In this document: positions 18,543 through 26,437 of the stretch, piece by piece
Position numbering within the stretch: position 1 is the stretch's first letter
Layout of the letters: every line of letters starts with the position of its first letter
Assembly: GCA_013698215.1 (NCBI GenBank)
Contig: JACCVJ010000444.1
Coordinates: forward strand, 1 to 42,933
Origin: Tatlockia sp.
Lineage (GTDB): Bacteria; Cyanobacteriota; Cyanobacteriia; Cyanobacteriales; Chroococcidiopsidaceae
Length of the DNA stretch: 42,933 nt
Reading direction: 5' to 3'
Notes under the pieces: model-generated
Database searches by the model: none
Told to the model about the DNA's origin: nothing
What the model saw: the letters and a program-made list of their open reading frames with translations, nothing else
Translations under genes and position numbers: made by a program

Positions 18543-20609
18543 ATGTCAGGTGAACGGAAAAATATTGATTGGAAAGATTTTGTTGATGGCTTTGAAATGG
18601 TTAATACTTTCTATCGAGGCGGATTACTGGAGATAGTTATTACTGAAAAAGCGAGCCGTAAGTATCGGGATTTGGAAACGGATCCCAGGAAAGAAGATAA
18701 TAGTTTATTGAATGTTGCTGACCGTCTTTACCAAACGGCATTTAATGCCTGGACGGAGAAAAACATTCCAAAAGAGTATTTTGCTCAAGTATTAGGAATG
18801 CTGGTTTGTAGTTTTGAAATTGATAATTATTTCTTTTGTGTTAATGCTGATAAATATCTCTTCTTTCAAGAGTTTGTGGATGATTTTCTTCAGTCGTCCG
18901 AATCGCTCGAAACAAATTTTCAAGGGCAAATTGACAAGGTATGTCAGAGAATTTCGCCAACTCCTCAAATTAACGACGAAAACTTTTTTTTAATTGCAAA
19001 TGGAATCTTACTGCTTTGCCTTTGCGGTATTGATGTATATTACATCGCAGCCGATTCAACAGATCCGGAGGAGGGTTTGAAACAGGTTAGAAAGCTAATT
19101 AAATACATTGATTATTTATCGGCACGTAAGACAAAAGCTTTTGAAAGGGAAACTTTATCACATCAGGATCGGGGGTTAGGCTTGAAGGGGTTGGCACATT
19201 ATTTTTTGGGCAGATTTCTCTTTACCTTGGGAAAATTTAATGAGTCTGAACAAGCCTTTGACAAGTCCAAATCTTATTACTTAGAAAAAATGTTCTGGAA
19301 AGTTAATTCGACTGAATCAACTGATGCTGAAAGTCGGGTACTTTCTTTACGGCGGGCTAATTTAGCTCAAATTTTAGGGAAAGTTAGAATCTGTTTGAGA
19401 CAAAGCCGTCTTAGCGAGGCATTAGAAATTCTAGAAAAAATTCGACCACTTCTGTCTTTTGCAACCGGTAAAGTTATGTCTCGCATTGCTGATCTTATGT
19501 ATGTTAGTACGAAACGCGCTAAATTCAGCTCTGATTCTAATATCTTACGTGAATGTAAACAATTAGCCGAAAAATGTTATGTGGATTTCAAACGCTATAC
19601 ACCTAATTCATATTTTGTTCATCGGTGTAACATTGAAATAAGTTTGATAAATTTTTCTCTTACACAATTGTCCGAATCTGAAACAGAGAAACAAGACCTC
19701 GTGAAAAAAAGTTTAGAGAAATTAAACGAAACCGTTAAATACGCCGAACTATCGACCGATACCCGTGCGCATAAGAATTTACGCCTGTTAGTTGAAGCTT
19801 TGATAAACCGTAGCTTCATTAGAATGACTCTTCCTATTTCAAATCTGGACTTTACTGCTGATGCGAGAAGAGCTTGCAAACTTGCTAAGGGAATGAAACA
19901 GCTTGAATGTGATGCTTTAATTGCTTTAGGGCTGGTATGGAAAAAAGCATTAGATTTTTCTCTCTCCGGAACAACACATAGAAATTTTTTTCCTAAAATG
20001 AAGAAAAAAGATTTGCTTGAATATAAACAGAAAGCTGCAGTTGAATATAAACAGAAAGCTGCAGAATGTTTTTTTGAGGCTAAAAATTTAAATAACGACG
20101 AAAATCCACGCGTTACAGTCATAAGTAATCTACGTCTGGCAGAACTCGAAACATTGTTTCAACCTAATTATTTATTGGCTAAATTTCATTTTGAAAGATA
20201 TGAAAAATATAAAGGCGAAGTCGAACATAAATATGTTTTGGAATTAGCGAAAAAATTAGAAAAGAAATTGTTGGAAAGGCGGGTGCCAGAATTTTATCTC
20301 GATACCTCAAAATCATTAATATATAAAGAATGGGCTGATGATCTAAAAAGATGCCTTATAACTCATGCTATATATCAGAAAGCGATTGAGATTGGTGGTA
20401 TTATGCCGGCGAAAAGACGAAGGGGTGAAAATGCAGTTTCCAAAAACAGTTCTTCAACTAACAAAAACCCACGTCAAACCCGGCAATCGATGTTAGCAGA
20501 AATTTTTAAAAATGAAATTAAATTATCTCAAACCGAAGCCTTTTCTCTAGCTAAGAAACATTTAAAAGAGTTTGAAAATATTTGTAATTCTATCCGTGCT
20601 TCAAAATGA
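18543..20609 (+). CDS. Large alpha-helical (TPR-like) hypothetical protein
   Basis: 688 aa; TPR-like segments LAHYFLGRFLFTLGKFNESEQAF, LGKVRICLRQSRLSEALEILE, ALIALGLVW. Confidence 0.75.
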   Translation: MSGERKNIDWKDFVDGFEMVNTFYRGGLLEIVITEKASRKYRDLETDPRKEDNSLLNVADRLYQTAFNAWTEKNIPKEYFAQVLGMLVCSFEIDNYFFCVNADKYLFFQEFVDDFLQSSESLETNFQGQIDKVCQRISPTPQINDENFFLIANGILLLCLCGIDVYYIAADSTDPEEGLKQVRKLIKYIDYLSARKTKAFERETLSHQDRGLGLKGLAHYFLGRFLFTLGKFNESEQAFDKSKSYYLEKMFWKVNSTESTDAESRVLSLRRANLAQILGKVRICLRQSRLSEALEILEKIRPLLSFATGKVMSRIADLMYVSTKRAKFSSDSNILRECKQLAEKCYVDFKRYTPNSYFVHRCNIEISLINFSLTQLSESETEKQDLVKKSLEKLNETVKYAELSTDTRAHKNLRLLVEALINRSFIRMTLPISNLDFTADARRACKLAKGMKQLECDALIALGLVWKKALDFSLSGTTHRNFFPKMKKKDLLEYKQKAAVEYKQKAAECFFEAKNLNNDENPRVTVISNLRLAELETLFQPNYLLAKFHFERYEKYKGEVEHKYVLELAKKLEKKLLERRVPEFYLDTSKSLIYKEWADDLKRCLITHAIYQKAIEIGGIMPAKRRRGENAVSKNSSSTNKNPRQTRQSMLAEIFKNEIKLSQTEAFSLAKKHLKEFENICNSIRASK
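20017..20064 (+). repeat. Perfect in-frame 24-bp tandem duplication
   Basis: TTGAATATAAACAGAAAGCTGCAG x2 (EYKQKAAV EYKQKAAE). Confidence 0.92.
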
Positions 20610-20736
20610 TGATTTACATAATTTTGGATTTTGCCCAGTTATAAATTGAAATGAATGCAGCTACAAAATAATCTTCGAAACATTTTATAATTGAGAAAGT
20701 TGCAAGCTTTAGAACAGCATAAAATTGGGAAAGAAG

Positions 20737-20764
20737 GTGTCAGAAAACATTAGTTTTTTGACAC
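20737..20764. other. 28-bp res-like palindromic site upstream of resolvase 3
   Basis: GTGTCAGAAAA-CATTAG-TTTTTTGACAC, 28 bp before the ATG. Confidence 0.7.
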
Positions 20765-20792
20765 CTTTTTCATTCTCTATTATCCTGCATTT

Positions 20793-21365
20793 ATGAGAGT
20801 TGGAATTTACGCGCGTGTGTCAACACACGACCAGCAAACCCTTCCGATGCAGATTGAGAAGATGAAAGAATATATAGAGCATCGCGGCTGGACTTTGACG
20901 GTGGAAGTCGAGGAAGTCGGGTCAGGCGCGAAAACACGCCCCAAACGCGAAGAACTTGTGCGAATGGCAAAGCGCCGTGAGATTGATGTGATACTGGTTT
21001 GGAAACTTGACCGCTTCGGTCGTTCACTCGCCGATCTGGTAATGACCTTAAACGAGCTTCGAGAAGTCGGTGTTGTCTTTGTGTCTTTAACCGAATCGTT
21101 AGTCTTCTCTACCCCGTCAGGGAGAGCGATGGCGGGAATGCTTTCGACCTTTGCCGAATTTGAACGCGATATAATCCGCGAGCGCGTCATAGCCGGTATT
21201 GCCAGCGCAAGAGAAAAAGGTAAAGCGCACGGCAGACCGCAAACCGCTGCGAAGAAAAAGGACGAGGTGAAGAAGCTGTATAAAAACGGAAACGGATTGA
21301 ATAAATCCGAGATTGCCCGAAAGCTCAAAATCAGCCGCGGCTCGGTAATTGGTTTGTTGAAATAG
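20793..21365 (+). CDS. Small serine recombinase (resolvase), paralog 3
   Basis: Same motifs as 8773-9345; about 95% aa identity to it. Confidence 0.95.
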   Translation: MRVGIYARVSTHDQQTLPMQIEKMKEYIEHRGWTLTVEVEEVGSGAKTRPKREELVRMAKRREIDVILVWKLDRFGRSLADLVMTLNELREVGVVFVSLTESLVFSTPSGRAMAGMLSTFAEFERDIIRERVIAGIASAREKGKAHGRPQTAAKKKDEVKKLYKNGNGLNKSEIARKLKISRGSVIGLLK

Positions 21366-21380
21366 TTAACCTTATATTAG

Positions 21381-21779
21381 CTACCGCGTAAAATTATTTG
21401 AACCGGTCAAGACGGCTCCCCATAAATTATTTGGTTCTTGCGGATCAGGGACATTTTGCGCCAATATCCACATAGTTTTAATAATTGTGCTCCCCGCAAC
21501 ATCTTCGGTATGTTGTCCGCACCAACTCGTCAGAGAACCGTATTTACCGAAATTCACCGTGAAAGAAATTAAATCACCGGACGCAAAACCGAGAAGGTCA
21601 AATCCTTCTAAGTTGCCGGGAGAACCAACCGCAGTTTTGTAAATGCCGGTGATTTTGCCGTCCCGCGCCACTAATAAATCCATTCTTGAACCGAGTTCGT
21701 TGACCCAAGCACCGTTAAAATTGACGCTGGGTTGCGGAGTACCGACAGGCGTTGCAATAGTCGATAATGTATGAATCAT
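21381..21779 (-). CDS. Avidin/streptavidin-family biotin-binding protein, no signal peptide
   Basis: GAWVNELGS, GIYKTAVG, SFTVNF, TSWCGQ, KTMWIL, LWGAVLTGSNNFTR align with avidin (GKWTNDLGS, GTYITAV, GFTVNW, KTMWLL, DWKATRVGINIFTR). Confidence 0.9.
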   Translation of the reverse strand: MIHTLSTIATPVGTPQPSVNFNGAWVNELGSRMDLLVARDGKITGIYKTAVGSPGNLEGFDLLGFASGDLISFTVNFGKYGSLTSWCGQHTEDVAGSTIIKTMWILAQNVPDPQEPNNLWGAVLTGSNNFTR

Positions 21780-22159
21780 TATTTTGTCCCCATTATAATA
21801 AATTGGATTTTGAAAATACAGTTGTTGTTCAACTTACTGCTGTTGAACCCAAACCTCCCGGGTCATTATACACACTCAACTGAATTTCTTTATAGATTAA
21901 ATTACAACAAAAAGTAAAACGAAGTTTTATTGTATGGATTTAGATAGGTATTGCAAAAAACTAAACACCCAGACCAGTAAATTTTTAGCGCTTGGAGTGT
22001 TGATAAAAATCAGGAAAAAGCAGACGAAACTCGCTGTTCCTAACAATAGGGTTGTTTTGCAATCAAACAAGATACAAGCTTTTGTAAATGTTTTTTGGAC
22101 AGTAAAATTCGCGGCGAGGAAAAATTTTAGATAAATCACTAAATCAGGAAAAATTAAAA

Positions 22160-22183
22160 CCGCTCTCCTTATAGGAGAACGGT
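22160..22183 (-). terminator. Probable intrinsic terminator of the 22239 gene
   Basis: Hairpin CCGCTCTCCT-TAT-AGGAGAACGG followed by a T-run on the minus strand. Confidence 0.55.
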
Positions 22184-22238
22184 CAAATATTTATTCTGGT
22201 TTAGTGATCAGGCTCAGATCGTGAAAGATAGTGCATCT

Positions 22239-23381
22239 TTAATAGACAACCTGGATTTCGTCGAAAGCAACTTTTTTACCGGACGGAGATTGAAAAGCAA
22301 AGGGTGTATCTGATAGCTGAGTAAAGTTAATTGATCTGAGCGTCCGGGTTTGCACCCAAACATTCGAATAAGATAATTGGTCAAGAGCGAAACTGGCACT
22401 ACCTGCGCCACCGTAAATAATGAAGTAAGAAGCCCAACGTGCAGTGGCATTGACACGCGGAATAAAAATTTTATGGGTTCCCAAGTTACCCTCAAAGCCT
22501 GGGTGGTCCCAGGTAGCGTAATTCGAGAGATTCCAGCTTTCATAGGTGTATCGCATATATTTCGGATTACACCACGTAGCAAAACGTGTTGAACAATAAC
22601 CTTCATTATTTGTCGTCCACCAATATCGCGCAGGTCCGTATTGATCATAATTAGTCCCATTGTTAGCAAAGATGTAAACTCCGCCAACACTTAAACTTTG
22701 TGCTTCCGACGGCACGCTTCTATCCTGTGATTGGTTCTCTTTAAGATCGAGCGTGTTAGTGTAGCTTACCAAATCACCGCCGCACGACAAACCAATTTGT
22801 ACAAAAGCCGGCAACCCGTCGAATTTTTTGGTATCGGTTTCCCAACGAAAAAAGTAAACCACCCCGTCCTTGTCGGTCACGGATTCAGTAAGCTGCGCCA
22901 ATGGCAATGAACTATATTTACTAGCATATTCGATTGCCATTTGTCGCAGCGGTTTAGGACTACAGTGTTGAGTAAAATCAACTGCTGTCGGTTCTGGATC
23001 GTCAATTGTGCGTGGACGCGGACCGAATTGCACGATTTTGTTTGATTCACTATCTACTTCGTACTGGTTTTTGCCGACAAAAAAGATATCCGCCGGATTG
23101 TCATTATAAGACGAATGCGAGGTTCGTTGATAAACTACATTTGCTTCTGCCGCTTTAGGACTGGCGTTTTCTATCGAGCGCAACAAATCAGAACGCAAAC
23201 GTGCTTTTTCAAACTCCTTCACCGCTGAAGCGGAAGCGGCGCGGCTTTTCATAGAAGATGCTGTTGGTAATGATTCATCATCATTCGATTGTGCAGCGAC
23301 AAACGAAAATAAAACCGCGAGCATGAGCAAACTCAGGATCAATTTTCCTGAGCGAAGAAATGACTGATTGACATTTTTCAT
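22239..23381 (-). CDS. Secreted protein with a C-terminal beta-sandwich (golvesin/Xly CBD-like)
   Basis: Signal peptide ...LFSFVAAQ; C-terminal pattern YATW...IFIP..NAT...Y...DQ....W...LSD...VAFDEI. Confidence 0.65.
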   Translation of the reverse strand: MKNVNQSFLRSGKLILSLLMLAVLFSFVAAQSNDDESLPTASSMKSRAASASAVKEFEKARLRSDLLRSIENASPKAAEANVVYQRTSHSSYNDNPADIFFVGKNQYEVDSESNKIVQFGPRPRTIDDPEPTAVDFTQHCSPKPLRQMAIEYASKYSSLPLAQLTESVTDKDGVVYFFRWETDTKKFDGLPAFVQIGLSCGGDLVSYTNTLDLKENQSQDRSVPSEAQSLSVGGVYIFANNGTNYDQYGPARYWWTTNNEGYCSTRFATWCNPKYMRYTYESWNLSNYATWDHPGFEGNLGTHKIFIPRVNATARWASYFIIYGGAGSASFALDQLSYSNVWVQTRTLRSINFTQLSDTPFAFQSPSGKKVAFDEIQVVY

Positions 23382-23490
23382 AATTTTTAGCTCCTTACGA
23401 GCAAGTATGGCTCGTTAAATATAAACTTAAATTATTAGCTGTATTATAATCTTGAGCGAAACTTAATTTTTTTCTAAGAAATTTCTTTGT

Positions 23491-24552
23491 ATGTCCGAAC
23501 TTCCGAAAAATAACTTGATTTACGAATTCGGTCCCTTTCAGGTTAGCGCCGCAGAGAGGCAATTGTTGAAAGATGGAAGCGCAATTTCGCTTCAACCCAA
23601 AGTATTTGATTTACTCATGTTTCTAATCGAAAACGGCGGGCAACTGGTCGAAAAACAAAGATTGATGGATTTCCTCTGGAAAGATACATTTGTACAGGAG
23701 AGTAGCCTATCGTGGAATATTTCCCAACTCAGAAAAGCTCTTGGTGATAGTAAATCAGAACCGCGTTATATTGAGACTGTACATACACAGGGCTTCCGGT
23801 TTATCGCCGAGGTGAACAAAAAAAATCTATTGCTGAGCGAGCCTGAACCATTAAAGGCTAAAATAATTGAGGATTCTGACCTACCAGTCGTTTTAAACGC
23901 CGAGTATAATCAATCAGAAGCTGGTCGGGAATCCCAAGTTACAAATACAGAAAACTCGAGTTCTGGTGTTATCCCAGCCGCAGAAGAGAAGCGTGTTGTT
24001 GGACGGAAATTTTTTGCGGGATTATTAATTATTCTGCTCTTTTCGGCTGCCGCTTTTGTCTGGTGGCAGTGGTCAGCACCGGAAACACCTAGCGAAGAAG
24101 CACAAGCAGAAATCAATTCGCCTGTAGATGACGCAGAAATCCGTCAAGTAGTGCAAGACTCGCAGATTTTCGAGTTTCTCACGCTCAATGTACATCCAGA
24201 GAAAGTTGACGCCCAAAGTCTTCCAGACTTCTGGCTGCTAGCTGAAAACGGCGGGCAGGAAATTCTTAAAGTGAGGGCTGGAGTAAAACGCATGGGAGAC
24301 GAAAATAAGCGTTACGGAGATGAGTCGCGACTCGAACGATTCGATTTTACTTACGTTAGAATATACGCTCCAAGGAATCGGGCTCGTGCCGGAACAATCG
24401 AGCGATGGTATTTACCTCTATATCAAAATGAGAAATTAGTGCCTGATCGCAACGTTTATCTTGGTCCATATCCGGTTGATTATATATTGCAGAAATTTAA
24501 CGGTAAGTGGCTAATAGAACGCACAACAACCCCCAGAGCAGAGCAGAAATAA
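23491..24552 (+). CDS. ToxR/CadC-like membrane-anchored regulator (N-terminal OmpR-type winged HTH, single TM, C-terminal NTF2-like domain)
   Basis: YEFGPF...LQPKVFDLL...LW...ISQLRKALGD...YIETV..GFRF; TM FFAGLLIILLFSAAAFVWW. Confidence 0.85.
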   Translation: MSELPKNNLIYEFGPFQVSAAERQLLKDGSAISLQPKVFDLLMFLIENGGQLVEKQRLMDFLWKDTFVQESSLSWNISQLRKALGDSKSEPRYIETVHTQGFRFIAEVNKKNLLLSEPEPLKAKIIEDSDLPVVLNAEYNQSEAGRESQVTNTENSSSGVIPAAEEKRVVGRKFFAGLLIILLFSAAAFVWWQWSAPETPSEEAQAEINSPVDDAEIRQVVQDSQIFEFLTLNVHPEKVDAQSLPDFWLLAENGGQEILKVRAGVKRMGDENKRYGDESRLERFDFTYVRIYAPRNRARAGTIERWYLPLYQNEKLVPDRNVYLGPYPVDYILQKFNGKWLIERTTTPRAEQK

Positions 24553-24818
24553 CGCTAAATTATGGATGCTGTTAAAAGCTTTTGGAGCATCAATAATCCG
24601 ATTAAAAGCTCAGTCTAAAGGACAGTTTCACTATCCTTAAAAGACCACTAGACAAATTAACCCTTATTGTATAATTATAGCACATCAAAGCAAAGAGATG
24701 ATATGATAATACCTTCAAATTACGGTCATTTATGACTCGCTCGTTTCAACCACACGCGAAAGGAAAGCCGGCGGCATTTCTTTAAATAATCAAAATCTTG
24801 ATTGATTAAGTTGATCTT

Positions 24819-25268
24819 ATGGAAAAAAAATTAAAGTTCTTAAAAATTAATCCAAACGCTAAACTGCCTATGAGAGGTAGTGAGACTTCAGCAGGAATGG
24901 ATTTATCTTCAATTGAAAGTAAATCCATTCTTCCGGGAAAATATGCTCCGATTAAAACAGGACTAAAAGTAGCGTTACCGAATAATTGCTACGGTCGAAT
25001 AGCTCCACGTTCAGGGTTAGCAGTAAGAAACGGCGTAAGTGTACTTGCTGGTGTTATTGATAGTGACTATAGAGGAGAGATTATTTGTATGTTAATAAAC
25101 CACGGTGAGAAAGAATTCTTTATTTCTGTTGGAGATAGAATTGCACAACTGATAGTTGAATCAATACTTTTATTAGAAGCCGACTGGACTGATAATCTCG
25201 ACGAAACAGAGCGCGGTGCTGGAGGATTCGGCAGCACCGGAATTGGGATTTCACAAATTGTTGAGTAA
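24819..25268 (+). CDS. dut: Trimeric dUTP diphosphatase
   Basis: All five motifs: AGMDL, PRSGLA, GVIDSDYRGEI, GDRIAQL, RGAGGFGSTG. Confidence 0.97.
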   Translation: MEKKLKFLKINPNAKLPMRGSETSAGMDLSSIESKSILPGKYAPIKTGLKVALPNNCYGRIAPRSGLAVRNGVSVLAGVIDSDYRGEIICMLINHGEKEFFISVGDRIAQLIVESILLLEADWTDNLDETERGAGGFGSTGIGISQIVE

Positions 25269-25511
25269 ATCCTCAATTTCGTCACGCTGCTTATTGATAA
25301 GTTTCCTCTCAATTAATGTTGCTCTTTTTATTGAGTTAGTAGCTAATCTCTCTTTTTCAACAATTTCAGTTATTAGTTCAGTGTATGCCTCAATTTTAGG
25401 CAGTTGTTTTGCTAATTGCTGAAGTCGATGAACTTCCGTAAGCAATTCCATTCCTTTTTTGGTTAAATGAATTGCTTCATCAGCAAGGTCTTCAAAACCC
25501 TCATGCGCCAT
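25251..25511 (-). CDS. Small coiled-coil hypothetical protein, last gene of the operon
   Basis: Starts 2 bp after the MazG stop; helical heptad pattern. Confidence 0.7.
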   Translation of the reverse strand: MAHEGFEDLADEAIHLTKKGMELLTEVHRLQQLAKQLPKIEAYTELITEIVEKERLATNSIKRATLIERKLINKQRDEIEDLLNNL

Positions 25512-25513
25512 AA

Positions 25514-26401
25514 TTATAATTTTCTGAAGTCTAAAGTTTGATTGTCCATATCTCCTATGACCTTTCCGCCATTACTTTCATACACTTGTCGCCATACTTT
25601 GTATCCCATAAAAATTGCCTTTTCCCAATCTCCAGTTGAACATGCTCTGACTTCTAAACGAGCCGTTAAATAAACAATTGTTTTTAAAAGACTATAGTCC
25701 AATTCTGAAATATCTTTGAAGAAACCGTGTGACTCTGCGTAAGAAAAAATCAACGCAGTGACCCCCTCCTCAATGGCAATTGCCCTCCCACCGTCTTCTA
25801 CCTCATCAATCTTGGGATTACTCTTTCTCTTTAGTTTGAGTATGCTCCTTGTTACTGGTGACCAACCTAATACCGCTGCGTGAGCAAAGTGAAAAACATC
25901 ATGAAATCTATATCCGTCTGGGTCGTGTGAATTATCGGTCAAATTACTGCCAATCTGCTCACCGTTAAAAAGTGATTGAACTAAGTGAGAACCTTTATCC
26001 TCGATTTGTTTAATAGAAATTTCAAATTGTCTGGGGAGTCTTTCAAGTTCGGGAAATCCACTATCAAAATAGTGAGAGCCAGAATTGGCTCGATTAGTTA
26101 CAAAACGTTCTTGTACTTTTGATAAATTTCTCTCCGCAATTGTACTCAAGCTTAACTCGAACTTGGACGCTAAATTTGCAATATACCAAAGCATATCACC
26201 TAGCTCTTCTTCAACACGCTCTTTAAACAGTTTGTGGGCAGGACCATCACGTAAATGTTTCTTATATTCGCTAAGCAACTCACCAGCCTCGCCTGCTAAA
26301 CCCAGAAGGGGCACAATTTTTTCGATTAGATGTTCCCCATATTTTTTTGAAGGAACCTGATCTGTTATCAATGCTTGTTTTTGATATTCTTGAAAATTCA
26401 T
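25514..26401 (-). CDS. MazG-like NTP pyrophosphohydrolase with MazG-C domain
   Basis: LGLAGEAGEL...EELGDMLWYIA; C-terminal DGYRFHDVFH...GWSPV.R...DEVEDGGRA. Confidence 0.9.
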   Translation of the reverse strand: MNFQEYQKQALITDQVPSKKYGEHLIEKIVPLLGLAGEAGELLSEYKKHLRDGPAHKLFKERVEEELGDMLWYIANLASKFELSLSTIAERNLSKVQERFVTNRANSGSHYFDSGFPELERLPRQFEISIKQIEDKGSHLVQSLFNGEQIGSNLTDNSHDPDGYRFHDVFHFAHAAVLGWSPVTRSILKLKRKSNPKIDEVEDGGRAIAIEEGVTALIFSYAESHGFFKDISELDYSLLKTIVYLTARLEVRACSTGDWEKAIFMGYKVWRQVYESNGGKVIGDMDNQTLDFRKL

Positions 26402-26437
26402 AAATCAAAACCTCGTTAGCAATAATCAGAAGAGATT

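Noticed and set aside
22214-22690. 158-aa minus-strand ORF
   Set aside because: Off-frame overlap with the better-supported 380-aa secreted protein.
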